DNA from: Alphaproteobacteria bacterium
Lineage (GTDB): Bacteria; Pseudomonadota; Alphaproteobacteria; MPNO01; UBA830
NCBI GenBank assembly: GCA_964291215.2
Contig: OZ219791.1
Span: 2,432,001 to 2,496,000 of the forward strand
Length of the DNA stretch: 64,000 nt
Reading direction: 5' to 3'
Shown here: in pieces, positions 62,494 to 64,000 of the stretch
Layout of the letters: every line of letters starts with the position of its first letter
Position numbering within the stretch: the first letter of the stretch is position 1
Translations under genes and position numbers: made by a program
The notes under the pieces: generated by a model
What the model was told of the DNA's origin: nothing
Seen by the model: only the letters and a program-made list of their open reading frames with translations
Database searches by the model: none

Positions 62494-63921
62494 TCAGTTG
62501 AACCTGACATAGTCGAACGCGAACGGATTGCCATGTATCCCGCGCGTGGGAGGAGCGATCCATGCGGCAATCTTTCCGACCTCGTAGCACGGCTTCATAA
62601 GCGATCTCACAAATTCCCGGTCACTCTCTGACGGTAGCCAGGCGCTCGCCTGCCGCGTCCATTCGGCCTCGCTGATAACCTTGCCCACGGGCGATACACG
62701 GATGTCGGAGAACTGCCCGATCGCGCGATGGAAGCCGCGATGCGGCAGGACGAAACGGAATTCGTAGCCGTGCTTCTCAACCGCCTTGTTCCAGCGATTG
62801 AGGCCGCGCTGACAGTCATCGATATAGTCCTGACGCAGCTTTTCGTTGATCGCGGTGAGCGCGGGCTGGTCGCGCTCGACAATGTTCTCGCCCTCAAGCA
62901 TCAGGATCGGCATGGTCGAATCGATCAGCCGGTGGTCGTCGTCGATTTTCCCCTCGTGGAATCTCCCCTTGAGGCTCTGGGTGTAGTAGTTCGCGGCGTT
63001 CGTCGAGAGTTCCTGTCCGAACAGATCGAGCGAGACCGAGTAGTGGAAGTTAATCCAGCGCTGCATGGTCTTCAGGTCGATGCCGCCTGCGGCGCGGACC
63101 CGATCGGGCTCGTCGGAACCGATTTCGTCCATGATCTCGCAGGTGCGCTTGACTATGCGCATGACGCCCGATTCTCCGACGAACATGTGATGGGCCTCTT
63201 CGGTCAGCATGAACTGGCACGTGCGTGCTAGCGGGTCGAAGGCCGATTCGGCAAGGGATGCAAGCTGGTACTTGCCGTCGCGGTCAGTGAAGAATGCGAA
63301 CATGAACATCGTCAGCCAGTCAGGTGTCGGTTCGTTGAAGGCGCCGAGGATGCGAGGGCGGTCGGGATCTCCCGAGTGGCGCTCGAGCATCGCTTCGGCC
63401 TCCTCGCGGCCGTCGCGCCCGAAATGGGCATGCAGCAGGTAGACCATGGCCCACAGGTGGCGGCCTTCCTCGACATTGATCTGGAACAGATTGCGCAGGT
63501 CGTAGAGCGATGGCGCCGTCAGGCCCAGCAGGCGTTGCTGTTCGACCGAGGCCGGCTCTGTGTCGCCCTGCGTGACAATCAGGCGGCGCAGGCTGGCCCG
63601 GTATTCGCCAGGCACGTCCTGCCAAACCGGTTCGCCCTTGTGGTCACCGAAGCCGATTCGGCGGTCGTCGATCGGCTCGGCAAGAAAGATGCCCCAGCGA
63701 TATTCGGGCATCTTCACATAGTCGAAACGGGCCCAGCCGTCGGACGAAACGTCGACCGCGGTGCGCAGATAGACGTCATAACCCTGGGTGCCCTCGGGAC
63801 CGAGTTCGTCCCACCAGCTCAGGTAGTTGGGCAGCCACGATTCAAGAGCCCGCTGCAGCCGGCGGTTCTCGGAGAGATCCACGTTGTTGGGGATGCGTTC
63901 GCTGTAATTGATCGACGTCAT
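62494..63921 (-). CDS. boxB: Benzoyl-CoA 2,3-epoxidase subunit B
   Basis: IPNNVDL, QGDTEPASVEQQ, VEEGRHLWAMVYLL and TEEAHHMFVG di-iron motifs. Confidence 0.97.
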   Translation of the reverse strand: MTSINYSERIPNNVDLSENRRLQRALESWLPNYLSWWDELGPEGTQGYDVYLRTAVDVSSDGWARFDYVKMPEYRWGIFLAEPIDDRRIGFGDHKGEPVWQDVPGEYRASLRRLIVTQGDTEPASVEQQRLLGLTAPSLYDLRNLFQINVEEGRHLWAMVYLLHAHFGRDGREEAEAMLERHSGDPDRPRILGAFNEPTPDWLTMFMFAFFTDRDGKYQLASLAESAFDPLARTCQFMLTEEAHHMFVGESGVMRIVKRTCEIMDEIGSDEPDRVRAAGGIDLKTMQRWINFHYSVSLDLFGQELSTNAANYYTQSLKGRFHEGKIDDDHRLIDSTMPILMLEGENIVERDQPALTAINEKLRQDYIDDCQRGLNRWNKAVEKHGYEFRFVLPHRGFHRAIGQFSDIRVSPVGKVISEAEWTRQASAWLPSESDREFVRSLMKPCYEVGKIAAWIAPPTRGIHGNPFAFDYVRFN

Positions 63922-63968
63922 GTTTCCTGACCTTTCCTGCAGCTCCGGCGCGAAACCCGCGGCGCCGT

Positions 63969-64000
63969 TCAGATGCGTTCCTTGTCATAGCCGGCCTTGC
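63969..64000 (-). CDS. boxC: 3' end of an upstream gene, probably 2,3-epoxybenzoyl-CoA dihydrolase
   Basis: ...KAGYDKERI* resembles the BoxC C-terminus; boxC usually precedes boxB; only 10 codons visible. Confidence 0.5.
   Translation of the reverse strand, partial: KAGYDKERI

Noticed and set aside
1-64000. tRNA, rRNA or riboswitch genes
   Set aside because: None recognisable by eye; a covariance-model search would be needed to exclude small RNAs

Overview
GC-rich bacterial DNA. An alphaproteobacterial origin, possibly a marine or sponge symbiont, is inferred from gene content only. Three blocks of intact catabolic genes are present. Block 1 (1-7.5 kb): LivJ-type binding protein, MmgE/PrpD, VOC enzyme, alpha/beta hydrolase, Ldh_2 oxidoreductase and UbiD. 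Block 2 (16.7-31.0 kb): divergent PyrD/PyrK-like pair, TPR-oxygenase, XRE regulator, malonyl-CoA decarboxylase, second UbiD, amidohydrolase, Mo-hydroxylase, amidase and a PLP enzyme. Block 3 (51.4-64 kb): aerobic benzoyl-CoA (box)/CoA-ester genes. The blocks are separated by two islands of nested, decayed mobile DNA (7.7-16.7 kb and 31.1-51.3 kb), each largely built in the 5' UTR of a related IS1634 element. The islands hold ISAs1 with a DUF4338/DruA-like domain, IS630, IS66, ISAzo13, ISKra4/ISLre2-like and IS1380 remnants, MITEs, a group II intron and a ~13-kb tandem-integrase element with RTX/autotransporter cargo. The strongest candidate for an undescribed system is a pair of different IS66-family elements, each with TIRs and 8-bp TSDs, that carry a Dam-like DNA adenine methyltransferase gene where tnpA/tnpB normally sit. 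Mobile DNA is riddled with microhomology-bounded deletions while metabolic genes are intact.
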